In this document: piece after piece, positions 41,884 through 54,880 of the stretch
Layout of the letters: every line of letters begins with the position of its first letter
How positions within the stretch are numbered: position 1 is the first letter of the stretch
Assembly: GCA_951406725.2 (NCBI GenBank)
Contig: OX597831.1
Span: 81,220,001 to 81,284,000, forward strand
Length of the DNA: 64,000 nucleotides
Origin: Octopus vulgaris
Lineage: Eukaryota
Reading direction: 5' to 3'
Notes under the pieces: generated by a model
Told to the model about the DNA's origin: nothing
The model's input: the letters and a program-made list of their open reading frames with translations, nothing else
Database searches by the model: none
Position numbers and translations under genes: made by a program

Positions 41884-42732
41884 GTGTTTACCTTAAACAA
41901 TTCAGTATGTTCCCTATCCTTCCATGTGGTTAGCCAGATCTGGATTGTATCAGAGTGCTAACAAGGTACTTGCCCAGATTTCAAATCCCTATTCCTTTAA
42001 GTTATACATAATACATAGATATACCTACATGCATACATACATACATAGATACATAGATACATACATACATACATACATACATACATACATACATACATGT
42101 ACATACATACATAGATACATACATACATACATACATACATACATACATACATACATACATACATACATACATACATACATACATACATACATACATACAT
42201 ACACACACAGAGAAACGCGAGGAGCTTCGCCGCAGTTTCTGTCTACCACATTCCATTCCCAAGGTATTGTTCAATCTGAGGTTATGGAGAGAAGGCACCT
42301 ACCCAGGGTACTTATTTTATCACTCGCTTACACATAAGGATGAAAATCTAACACACCACCTTCGACCCAATTTAAATTCGGAACACAAAAATTCCGCAAC
42401 CAAACGCCACAATACATTTACGTCGGCGCTCAACCGATTCTGTTACGCGTTCGTAATGGAGACGCTTACAACAAACGCCACGTTTGCCAAATGCTGACTA
42501 AAACAGCGTCGAAACTTCACGGAACCATTTTTAAATAGAACGTGATTAATGATGTATGCACACGCGCACGCACGCGCGCATCACACACATACACACACAC
42601 ACTTATACACACACACGTACTGTCCCTATAACAGGGTGTGTCTACGGAGTGTCTTGGAGTGATGGCTCTCAGTCACGTACCCTGTCTGCTTGTCTCTCTT
42701 ATCACACAAACGCATATGTAGATGTGCGTGTT

Positions 42733-42786
<54 letters not shown>

Positions 42787-44559
42787 CGTGTGCGTGTGTG
42801 TGTGTATGTGTGTGCGTGTTTGTGTGTATGCATGTATGTATAAATGTGTGCATGTATGATAGTGTAATGTGTGTATGTAGATATGTATGCATGTATATAC
42901 GGATGTGTATGTGTGTACGTGTATGAATTAGTTTGGGAGTGACGCGAAGTAATTAGGGAGACATCACCATCACCAACAACAACAAACAACAGCAGACAAC
43001 AGCAACAACAACAAAACAGCAACAACAATGATATCGAGAAAAGAAAGAAAGTGTAGATAAAACCCGAATCCATTTGAAAACAGAAATCTCAATACGAAGT
43101 CAAATTATTGTGAATCACGCCTTTAAAATGCCGTCCACGGAGAGACTTAAATAAAAGGTGTTACAACCGAGAATCGAAACCCGATCGCAGATTCGTTTTA
43201 ACTTGTAAAGAATGGATCTAAAAATCTTTCTTTTTTTTTTTTTGAATAGGGATAGATGTTTCGTCAGAGGAAGAAAGGCTGGGTCCATGGCCCTTTTCTA
43301 GGTTACGCGAGGAGTGAGAGATAAAAAAGAAGACAATATCCTTATCTTTTGACCTGACACCATATCTGGCCACGTGCAACAGGAAGGACGTTAACAAAAC
43401 TACCCATTGTCCAGCCAGTGGTCACGTGTTAATTCTGCCATCCAACAAAGACCATCAGACGGATTTCCATAGTTTATCCAGTGATCTTTGGTTTGACCAG
43501 AAGCCACAATAGAAAACACCCAATGTGGCGCACACCAGGATTGAACCCAGAGCGAGCTTTTTAACCATTTGCCCAAAACTAACTTCACATCATTAACATA
43601 TCAACTGTTTCTAATGGAGGTACAAAACCTGTCATATTCAAAGGAAGGGACTTGCCAGTGACATCGTCCCCATCACATTATTCCATTGACCCCGAATAGA
43701 TGACAGGTAAGGTTGATACAACAGCATTTGAACTCGGATTGTAAGGATCTGCAACGTAGTTTACCCGATACACTAACGATTCTATCAGGGGACAGGGGAT
43801 TTAATGGTGAAATTGGCCCCAGCCACTTCATTGCTATTTCATGTTAATAATCTTGACTAAGACTTTATTTTAAGAAACAGAATGAATACCGCAAGGCATT
43901 TCCTGACGTTTGATGGTTCTGTCACCTCCGCCACCGCCTTACTTAAAATAAGATTTCAAACTGTTGCACAAGGCCAGCAATTTTAGGAAGAGAAGGTGGG
44001 AGGTTAGTCCTTTACTTATGTGTGTGTGTGTTTTTGTATCTGTGTTTGTACCTTACCACTGCTTGACATCCGATCTTAGTGTGTTTATGTCCCCGTAACT
44101 TAGCAGTTCGGCCAAAAGGTGGATAGAACAAGTACTCGGTTTTAAAAAAAGTATAGCGATCGATTCATTTGAGTAAAAATTCTTGAAGGTGGCGCCCCAG
44201 TATAGCCGCAGTCTAATGTCTGAAACAAGTAAAACATAAAAGTTGTGCACACATACATACATACACACACACACGCACACACACATACATACATACATAC
44301 ATACATACATACATACATACATACATACATACATACATACATACATACATACATACACACATACATACATACATACATACACACATACATACATACATAC
44401 ACATACACATACACACGCACACACACACACAACCATACATAGATAAAATATTTGCATTTCTTCATGCATAAGCCATTGTAAGTATGTAACTCTGGCGTGA
44501 AACATTCACGCAAACAAAGCATAAATACGAAGGATAATAAAGAATAACGAGGAAAATCT

Positions 44560-45130
44560 ATATTGTGCTATGACGCACTTCCGGTCAGCCTCGTTTCGAT
44601 TTCAATCTTCTTTCCCCCCCTCCTTCTCTCTCTGTCTTTCGTATTTCACATGATATCAATCGCTAGAGTTAGATTATTGTTTATTTCTGCTCTTGTCAGC
44701 ACCCACATTGCCCAGTCAATTACTTTATATTAATCTTTGTTTGATTATTATTAATTGAGTATTGAATCTAGAATACTGGGGAGAACACAGACGAACGATA
44801 AAGCGATGCGCGATGACGGCCATGCTGGTCGGCAGGCATCTCTTTATAGGGATTGTTAACTCTACAACGTCACAGCTTCCGGTCGTGTGGCTCTGTCGTT
44901 AGTTTCCGTTAACGCCGACGTATATAACTCGGTCAGACTCTCAAGTGTTCGTAGACAGAGTATCCAGTAATGTATTTGCTTCTTTGGTCGTAGTTTATTT
45001 TCGTGTTAATTTCAATGTCGTGAGGGATTAGACGTTGTCTTCTCTGATTTAAATTTACAAGAAATTGAGGCGAGGAGATTTCCTTTTGTGTTCGGCGACT
45101 CCCGATCGGGATAACTTGGCAGACAAATGA
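44560..45130 (+). promoter_or_regulatory. Candidate Pol II promoter or enhancer island
   Basis: Unique, CpG-containing sequence; ETS-type cttccggtc at 44578 and 44876; tatataa at 44921-44927. Confidence 0.35.
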
Positions 45131-45200
45131 AATGACAGACATAGAAAATATATATAAATGCATGCATTGAATAAAAGAAAGAAAGAGAGAGAGATACAGA

Positions 45201-45238
<38 letters not shown>

Positions 45239-46011
45239 GAGAGAAAAGGGAGAGAGAGAAAAATAAAAAGAAGGCGACAGAGAGAAAGAAGTAAAGAGAG
45301 TTTAAAGAAAGGAAGGAATTATAGAGTGTGAGTAGTGAAGAGTGAAATGAGGTGGGAGATAAACAAGGATCTATAAGTATGGATGTGAGTTGATAATTAA
45401 ATAAAAGTTTCCGAAGACAGATTATCTGTTATTGATAGGTTCAGAGAAAATAGCTTGGCCGAACAAAAATGGATCTCTTTCTGCTCTACGCCAACATAGA
45501 AACGGTATTTTCTCATTTCCCAGACCAGGGAAGTCAAGCCGGGTTCCATGGTTATAGTGTTAAAAATATTACAGTATCATCCAGTAGTACAAAAGACTTC
45601 ACTGATTTTTTTTTTTATAACATATTAAGTTACCCGGCTGTGGTCTCCTGGAGGGTAGCCTCGGTTGCAGAGGTACCCTGGATGGCTCGGTAGAAAGTGA
45701 TGTAAAACAGGTGCTATTCTTAATTGTATTTTATTAGCTACCTCTGTTTCAAATATTGTTTCTGAGTAAGGGGATAATTATAGGAGGGTCTGCTGGATAG
45801 GAGGAGAAGTTGAGGTAAAGAGTGAACAGCTCTGGTCCCAACTGCTGTTTTCTTTCAGTTATTGGAGAAGGTGAAAACAACAGTTCACATACAGTCAATA
45901 AAATTCCATGTTAACACACGCAAGAAGCAATAAAACGACACTAAACAAAATATCTGACCTGCGGCGAATGTATATGCGTTTAAATATGTATACATAAATA
46001 CATATATATGT

Positions 46012-46156
<145 letters not shown>

Positions 46157-46157
46157 C

Positions 46158-46204
<47 letters not shown>

Positions 46205-46329
46205 TATAAACACACGCATATGTATATATACACGTTTATACATGTATGCATATACATATACACATACACACACACACACACACATATATATGTATATACA
46301 TGGAAAAAGTCAAGATAGAAAATGCTAAA

Positions 46330-46386
<57 letters not shown>

Positions 46387-46453
46387 TAGATAGATAGATA
46401 TAGATATATATACATGCATACATATTTATGTAGGTATATGTATTTATGTATAA

Positions 46454-46489
<36 letters not shown>

Positions 46490-47300
46490 AAATGTGTAAA
46501 TATATATATATAAATGTGTATATATATATGTGTGTGCATGTATATATGTGTGTGTGTGTTTGTGGTTGACAATTTTTACAGGGTGGATCAAACAATAGAG
46601 CGCTGCTTAGCAGACCAAATCGCTGATTGAATTACCGGAAGGCCCAACAAGATTATCAGTTATGCTTCGGTGATTTTACTGTTTAGGATTGTGAGGAAAT
46701 AAGATTTTGTTTTAAGACATCTCTACAGCAATACACTCACACACACACACATGCAAACACACGCACACACAAACACGCACACACACGCACACACATGTAT
46801 ACGCGTGTGTTCTTTTTCTGAGTACACATACACATATACATAATATATAAGTGTATATATTCTTTTATTCTTTTACATGTTTCATTCATTTAACTGCGCC
46901 CATGCTGGAGTACCGCTTTTAAGTGTTTTATTGTAGAAGAAATCGACATGAGGCCTTATTCGCTGTAAGCGTAGTACTTATTCTATCCTTCTCTTTTGCC
47001 GACGGTGGGAGATACACACACACACACAAAGACGCACTCACATAAATACACACATACGCACACATAGAAATACATACATACATATACGCAATCTAACATC
47101 GCGTGAGCTGTTGGCGATTTCTTCTTTAGACTTTTTCTTTTCTCCTTTCCGACGAAAAGCTAGGCTCGAAACGTTAAACTCTCTCTTTTCACCGAGTATC
47201 AAGACAAAACACTTCTTCGACATGTTGTTGTTCTTTTCTTCTTTTCGTTTTTTATTCGTATATTTGAATTATATATATATATATATATATATATAGTTTA

Positions 47301-47895
47301 GAGATAAACCTCTATCTAGTTATTTCATCAATAGTGAAAATTAATTAAATAGTATATATTTTTTTAATATAAAACTTATTCAGCTTAAAACTATTAAAAG
47401 ATGAAATAATGCTACCAACATTATTAGTAGTAGAATATCCAACTCCAAAATTATTACTAGAAGAAAAAATTTATATTTTTTATTATCTACAATGAATAAT
47501 TCAATTAGTTTTAATATCTCTTTAATAATGTTTGTTTTACATTATTATTGTTAAATTTTATTGAATTATTTACTGTTAATATACATATATTTATATGTTT
47601 ATATATTTATTGTTTTTATTATAATATGTAAATTTATTTCTGTTACTTTTTTGACCTGAAGAGTGACTAAATATTTTAAAATTGAATTTTAAATTTTTTA
47701 GAATTAAATCTTTTAAAAAATTTAAATTTTAATATTATATATATTTAGTCATGAAACGCGAATAGTCAATTAAATGTGTGATTTATTTTGAGATTTTTAG
47801 AATAATAATTATAAGATATTTAATTAATTTCTATGTGGTTATTATAGATAATATCTTTTCACTATTGATGAAATAACTAGATAGCGGTTTATCTC
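47301..47895 (+). mobile_element. AT-rich element bounded by 40-bp inverted repeats, containing a hammerhead-like motif
   Basis: 47301-47340 and 47856-47895 are reverse complements with 1 mismatch. Confidence 0.7.
47651..47769 (+). ncRNA. Hammerhead-like motif with intact CUGAAGA/GAAA core and ~90-nt stem II
   Basis: ttgac-CTGAAGA-gtgactaaatat...atatttagtcat-GAAAC gcga ATA-gtcaa; stem I ttgac/gtcaa; stem III imperfect. Confidence 0.6.
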
Positions 47896-47990
47896 CAAAT
47901 TCTATATACATATTTATAATATATTGTGAATTTTCGATTTTTTTCCCGGTTAGTTTGGAATTATTACATTTCCTAACTATTAATAATATA

Positions 47991-48023
<33 letters not shown>

Positions 48024-48173
48024 GCTCAAAATGAGGAGTAGATAGACAGCCGGCAACTGATGAAGGGTCATTCTTTGTGTTGCTTGTCCTGTTTTCAGTT
48101 TTTTCTCTAGTTGTTTGCGCATTTAACTCGCTTGTTTTCGTACTTCATGTTGGTAAAGTCCTGTACCCATATA

Positions 48174-48222
<49 letters not shown>

Positions 48223-48289
48223 ATGAAAAAAATGGGACAAGAACGCGGCGGGTGACAACAAAACACCCAGAGAGTTGGATGATATAAAA

Positions 48290-48343
<54 letters not shown>

Positions 48344-48344
48344 C

Positions 48345-48399
<55 letters not shown>

Positions 48400-48400
<1 letters not shown>

Positions 48401-49290
48401 CTTAGATAACTTAAATATGTTTCGACCAGAGATTGGTCCAGGCCATGTCTAACTTAATAGCACCACCTGATAGGATTATTCGAATCCTGTTTAAGTCAAG
48501 TTTTGTTCAAGTAGTGAGTTCTTGTTGGGTGAGTTGTATCCAATTATGGGTGGCTTATCTGGTATTCTTTGAAGGAATCTATTCAGACTCCGGTTAAAGT
48601 TGATGGGATCCTTTTCCTCTTTGATCTCCCTCGGGACAATGTTAAATAGGGCAGGGCCTGTTGAGGAAAAGAAATTATGTTGCAGCGTACATGTATGTTG
48701 TGATCTTGAATTGGGCATGGGACGTATGGCCCGTGGTCCCAGTCTTGGATGAACCTTGAAGCTAATGTTAAGGTCGTTTGGGAAAAGTTGGCGGTATATT
48801 CTCCACATCGTACAAATGATGTACCGCTCACGGCGACGCTGGAGGGAGTAAAGTTTCAAGGCTTTAAGTCGATCCCAGTAATCGAGAGCAGCCATGCCTT
48901 CAATTCGTTTAGTGAGTGCCCTCTGGGGTGACTCAATCCTGGAGATGTTTTGTCTTGTATGGGGAGACCACAGAGGGCAGCAGTATTCAAGGTGTGGCCG
49001 TACAAAGGAGGAGAAAAGTGGTATGATGACACCTTGTTCTCTGGACCGGAAAGTTCGTAAGATCCAGGAACTCATCCTACGAGCTATATCGTCATCAACA
49101 ATTACACCCAGGTCTCTGATATTGTTGGAGGCTGTGAGCGGTTCCCCTGAAGGAAGAAAGTATGGTTGTTTTAGTGAGGAATTTCTCCCAAAATGCATCA
49201 GCTCAAATTTTCCCTCGTTCAGTTGCATTTTGTTTCTGTCTGCCCATTGACTCACAGCATATAGATCAGACTGGAGTTGAGTTCGGTCTA
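48400..49290 (-). mobile_element. 5'-truncated CR1-group LINE (ORF2 C-terminus and 3' UTR)
   Basis: LQSDLYAVSQWADRNKMQLN...IRDLGVIVD...FVRPHLEYCCPLWSPH...YWDRLKALKLYSLQRRRER (ORF 48491-49255); 3' hairpin gacca/tggtc then a short taagtta repeat tail; sits within (TA)n. Confidence 0.92.
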
Positions 49291-49301
49291 TATATGTATA
49301 T

Positions 49302-49382
<81 letters not shown>

Positions 49383-49628
49383 TAACAAATATATATATAA
49401 GATACATGGATCGAAGTGAAGGAAGAAAGTTAGCTTCAAGCAATCCGTAGTAAATATAAAAAACCACTTCCAGGGACAATAGTTGTTTATTGAGATGGAA
49501 GATTGAGGACTTTTTTTGTACTGAAGTGCAACAAACTGAAAAAAGTTCTTTTTATATTTCACGGTAGGCGACAAGGTTTGACGGGTGTGCGGGTAAGAAT
49601 ACAAGAGTTAAGGAATGGAGTAGATAAG

Positions 49629-50877
49629 ATCCGGGCTACATATGTTTCATAGCGAGCGGAACCTCAGTAGTGGTAAATACTTAAGTCCGGCGGCGCATAC
49701 CGCCGGCTACTCTTCTGGCCAAAGACATCGTGATTAAATGGAAGTTTACATTGTCGCAAGGAGGAACATGTTAACAGATGCAAGATTCAATCAGAATATG
49801 TAGAGAGCATGATAGGAGAGGAGAATATAAGAGAGAAATAAGGATTAAAAGAAGGAAGAAAGAACGAAATTTAAGGGAGTGAGAGGAAGGAGGAGTTTAA
49901 GTAAGGTCGTTTGACCGGTAGTATTCGATAGGGCTGCTTTGGCCGAATCACAGAAATTAACTAGGGGACTGGTATTTGAAAGAAAGATAATGTGGAAAGA
50001 AGAGGGTGGGGAAATATTTTTGCTCAAGGGGAAGAAAAAAGTGTGTATGAAGAAAGTAAGAGAGAATGAGAAATTTAAGCAAGGTCGTTTGACGGGTTGT
50101 TTTGAATAGGGCTGATTTGGTCGAATCACAGAAATTAACTAGGGGACTGGTATTTGAAAGAAAGATAATGTGGAGGGAAGAGGAAGAGGAAATGTCTTTG
50201 GTCGAGGAGGAGGAGGAAAAATATATATTGCATGAAGCAAGAGAGAATGGGCAAGAATCATGGCGGCTACTACTGGTTGTCAATTAAGGAACGTATATTG
50301 TGTGCGATGAGCGAGTTTACAGTATTAAGTAGTAGAGGTGTGTATGTTGGTGTATGTACCTGTAAGTTTACGGAGAGAGGGAATAGGAGGGGGAAGCAGG
50401 TGAAATATGAGAAACAAAAAATTTCAAATGGTAAGGAAAAATCAGAGATAAGCATGTAAATGACAATAAGGAATTAAAGGAAAGATATACTGTTGGTGTA
50501 ATATATAGAGGCAGTGAGGGTAGATAAGAAGGGCAGTTTATGAAAGTTAAGGGGAAAGGCGGGTGGGGTTGTTATTTATATTTTGAGAACAGATTTAGTG
50601 ATCGATGTTTGCAGGTAAAAATTATACAGTTGGGTTCATGAAGACAATCCGTGGATTGCAAAATAGCTAAGACTTCTTCCTTCTTTTAATCCTGATTTTC
50701 AACTTTCCTTCCTACTGGGCTCTCCTACTCATTCTGAATGAATCTGCCATGTGTTAACATGTATTCCCTTGCGATAATGTAAACTTTCATTTAATCAAGA
50801 TATCCTTGGCTTAAAGAGTTGCCAGCGGTTACCACGTTTGAGGTTCCGCTCGTTATGAAACATATGTAACCCGGATA
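49629..50877. mobile_element. Element bounded by diverged ~150-170-bp inverted repeats, each with a hammerhead-like motif (Penelope-type inverted pLTRs)
   Basis: 49629-49800 is the diverged reverse complement of 50730-50877; both end in GAAAC-ATAT-GTA; internal ~100-bp direct duplication at ~49897 and ~50074. Confidence 0.7.
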
Positions 50878-50892
50878 CATACATTACATACA

Positions 50893-50923
<31 letters not shown>

Positions 50924-50954
50924 CATACATACATACATGCATTTATATATATGC

Positions 50955-51070
<116 letters not shown>

Positions 51071-51833
51071 TTCCGGTGCATCCTAGTTAAGGACCATATT
51101 CATGTGAATTCATTAGAACTCACTTGAATCTCAATTACTTAAACCTTATATATATATATCTGTGAGGCACGCAGTGACCGACAACAGAATATTATAGTCG
51201 AATCTACTGCGTGTCTGACAATGCCTGGCTTGCGAAAAACAAAAGTGTAAAGAGGCCGTGGCCGTTTGCACGGTGATTGCGTTTTGTTAGTTAATTTTCG
51301 AAACATAATCAACCAATCAGCGTTAGTCTGGCATGGAGCTGTCGTGGTGCGCGCTTGTTCTGTTTGGCGTGTCAAAGTGGAAGAGGAAGCTAATAGATGT
51401 ACGTCTGTGCTCACGTATGTGCTTGTGTGTGTGTGTGTGTGTGTGTGTGTGCCCGTGCTTGTTCTTGTTCTTGTGAGTGTGTGTATGTGTGTGTGCTTGT
51501 TCTTGTGTGTGTAAGTGTGTGTGTGTGTGTTTGTGTGTGTGTGTGCGAGCGTGTTCTGTTTTTATATATTTATGTGTGGAGGAAGCTACAAGGTGTACAT
51601 ATGTGTGTGTATGTGAGTGTGTGTTCTATTTTGATGCATTTATGTGTGTGGAATGTAGATATAACAAAAACAATGTCACATTTTAAACTTCGAGCAAAAA
51701 ATCCCTGCATATTTGTTCTTACCTGCTTCGTGTTTGTGTGAAATCCGTAAATTTCCAAGATGAAAACAAAATCAACGTCGAAAAAGCCGTATTAGTTATA
51801 ATAGTCCATGTGGGGTTTTTTAACCACCAAAGA

Positions 51834-52163
51834 GCCGAAATATTGCAACATGCATCAAAGGGCCGAAATATTGCAACATGCATCAAAGGGCCGAAATATT
51901 GCAACATGCATCAAAGGGCCGAAATATTGCAACATGCATCAAAGGGCCGAAATATTGCAACATGCATCAAAGGGCCGAAATATTGCAACATGCATCAAAG
52001 GGCCGAAATATTGCAACATGTATCAAAGGGCCGAAATATTGCAACATGCATCAAAGGGCCGAAATATTGCAACATGCATCAAAGGGCCGAAATATTGCAA
52101 CATGCATCAAAGGGCCGAAATATTGCAATATACATCAAAGGGCCGAAATATTGCAACATGCAT
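51834..52163. repeat. 28-bp tandem array gccgaaatattgcaacatgcatcaaagg, ~12 copies
   Basis: Units start every 28 bp from 51834 to 52142; almost perfect; no spacers. Confidence 0.97.
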
Positions 52164-53039
52164 GGAGAAAAGGAAGAAATGTAAATTAACACTTACTATT
52201 GATTAAAGGAAATGCGAATGAAAGAAATATGACATTGATTTCTAAATATAAATGACATTGATCTTAAAGCTAAATTAAAAAAGTTTTAATTAGACAATAC
52301 AAGAACACGCTCGCACACACACACACACACACACGCACACACACATACACACAAAAACTCACACACAGACGTACACCCATTAGCTGCCACACCATTAGGT
52401 GAAATACGGTGCATATATAAAATATTACAAGCGTTGCCTTAAAAAGTATAAAACTAGAATTGAAAAATGCGCATGCTCAAAGAGTTACAGAATGTCATAG
52501 CAAACCTTAAAAAGTTTGGGAATAGCACTGTTCTTAAAAAATATTGGAATCACTATTATTTGTACATTCTTTGGCTTCCTTTTATCATCAGAATTTTTTT
52601 AGTTCATCGAAATTAAGTTATATTAAAAATTAATTAAGTTAAATTATCATATACTCAGTCTTAACAAAACAATTGTGTACAAATATTAATGTCGTCTTTA
52701 CGCAATAATTCAATCTATGAATGACAATTTTAATAAGTTTACAAGAAATCAATCAAAAATATTTTAGTAATAATTTGTTTAATTCGCATAACTGTTCCAT
52801 TAATATGTGTATCATAATGCGAATTATCTTTGCTCATAATTATTTTGGTTTTATACTTTCGCTGTTATATAGATTCGACTTCATCATAAATCCAGTTATA
52901 TTTTATATTATCGTGGTAATTTGCATGCAGTGTGAAATATGCTTTTTTATATATACTTTAGTATGAAGAGTATTATAATGAATCTATTTATTCGAAGTTA
53001 AAGATTATATTTTGTACACTCAAACTTTTATATTAAGAA

Positions 53040-53945
53040 TCAGGTCATCCCATAAGTTCTGTCCTAATTTTGAATAAAGAAAATAAGTGATCAAATGTTA
53101 CACTTAATTGAAATTTAATCATCAATATACTTTCCCTGATTATCTATGACTTCCCTCCATCTATTTACAAGCTTTTTAATCCCATCAATGTAAAACGTTT
53201 TTGGTTTCAAAGCGAAGAACTCTGAAATGTCAGTTTCGACCTCCTCCTGGCTTGCCAAAATTATGTCCCCCAAATGATTCTGTAAACTACGAAACAAATG
53301 GTAGTCTGGAGGAACAAGGTCGGGAGAATAAGGCGGATGAGGAATTTTTTCCCAACCAAACTCTTCGATCTTCTGTGATGTGATCTTTGCAGTGTGGGGT
53401 CGCTCATTGTCCTGATGATACATCATTTCTTTTCGATTCACTAAAGCGGGTCTTTTCTTCTTCAAAGCTTGGTTCAAACGCTCTAATTGCTGACAGTAGA
53501 CTTGAGCATTGATTGTTGCATTTGGTGGTAACAGTTGAAAGTGAATTACTCCTTTGTAATCCTACCAGATAGAGAGAACAACCTTTTTCCCATGAAGTTC
53601 CCTTCTCGGTTGTGGTTGAGCTTTTTCCCTTTTACCAAGCCACTGTTTACGACGTTTAACATTTCGATAGAAGATCCATTTTTCGTCACCAGTCACAAGT
53701 CTATCCAAAAAGGGTGAAATGAGTTCGAGAGAATGGAGAGAATAGCAGATGTCAACTCGGGATTTGTTGTTGCTTTCGGACAATTCATAAGGCACCCATT
53801 TTCCAAGTTTAAGAACCTTTCCAAGTTGTTGAAGATGACAATGAAGAGTTGTATGGTTTGAACTAAGCTTTATCGCCAATTCTTCAACTGATCATGTAGG
53901 ATTTTCTTCAAGCAATGCCTCAAGGAGCTTATCATCAAGCTCAAC
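53040..53945 (-). mobile_element. Mariner transposase pseudogene with one terminus
   Basis: GKWVPYELS...DRLVTGDEKWIFY...KKVVLSIW and YHQDNERPHTA...HPPYSPDLVPPDYHLFRSLQN (D,D34D-type); frameshifted; 5' end cut off by a SINE at ~53950. Confidence 0.93.
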
Positions 53946-54572
53946 TGGAAAGGCTTAGCAGTAATTCGTCCGTACTCACATCCTGAGTTCGAATTTCGCC
54001 GAGGTCGGTTTTGCCTTTTATCCTTTTGGGGTCGATAAAATAAGTGCCAACTGAACATTGGGGTCAATGTAATCGACTCATTCCCCTCTCCCAAAGTTGC
54101 TGCCATTATTATTTGGTTAGATTAATCAGAATTTGGAAAGAAACTTATTTTTTTGTCAACTCCAAGAGGTTAATGCAGAAAACAATATTATTGTTGTTCT
54201 TGTTGTTGTTGTTGTTGTTGTGGTTGTTCTGTTTATCAATTTTTTTTCACGTTCTCAATATTTGTTTCCACACCTCGTCCATATGTTACCACCATCCCAC
54301 AGAGTTCGCTAGTTTACTTGAGAGAAAGCTATATGATATCGCATTAATATCAATTATCCCAATATAGCTTTCAACTCGGGCCTCTAGCGTGTGATTGATT
54401 GTGTTGTTGTTGTTGATGATATCATCACCGCTGCACCCCGAAATAGTAGCACTGCTACTCGTAGTAGTCTTTGTAACAGCAGCAGCCGCAGCAGCACCGG
54501 CAGCAACAGTAGCAGCAGCAGAGGCTGTCATTGTTGTTGATGTTTTAAATTTTGTTATTACTGTGCAGTATG

Positions 54573-54880
54573 AAGACGTGTGCCTCAGTGGTTAAGTTAT
54601 TCGGCTCACAATCATAAGGTCGTGTGTTCGATACTCGGCAGCTAATAATGTTCTTGAGCAGGACCTTTTTATCATGTTGCTCCAGTCCACTCAGCTGGCA
54701 GAAATGAGTCATACCTGTATTTCAAAATAGGGCCCTGAATCTCCCCAAGAACTACATTTAGAGTACACATGTCTGTGGAGTACTCAGTCACTTGCACGTT
54801 AATTTCACGAGTTGACGGTTCTGCTGATCAGATCAACTGGAACACTCATCGTCGTAACTGACGGAGTACCAGTTAGTTTA
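54573..54880 (+). mobile_element. tRNA-derived SINE
   Basis: gaagacgtgtgcctcagtggttaag..ggctcacaatcataaggtcgtgtgttcgatactc head; related to 16260-16620. Confidence 0.7.

Noticed and set aside
48057-48100. CTGATGAAGGG as a hammerhead core
   Set aside because: No stem II partner or GAAA follows
48894-49250. 118-aa plus-strand ORF
   Set aside because: Antisense shadow of the CR1-group ORF2
51738-52206. Three overlapping repetitive ORFs and a possible CRISPR array
   Set aside because: A head-to-tail 28-bp tandem repeat with no spacers and no cas genes, in a eukaryotic context; the ORFs arise because the unit lacks stops
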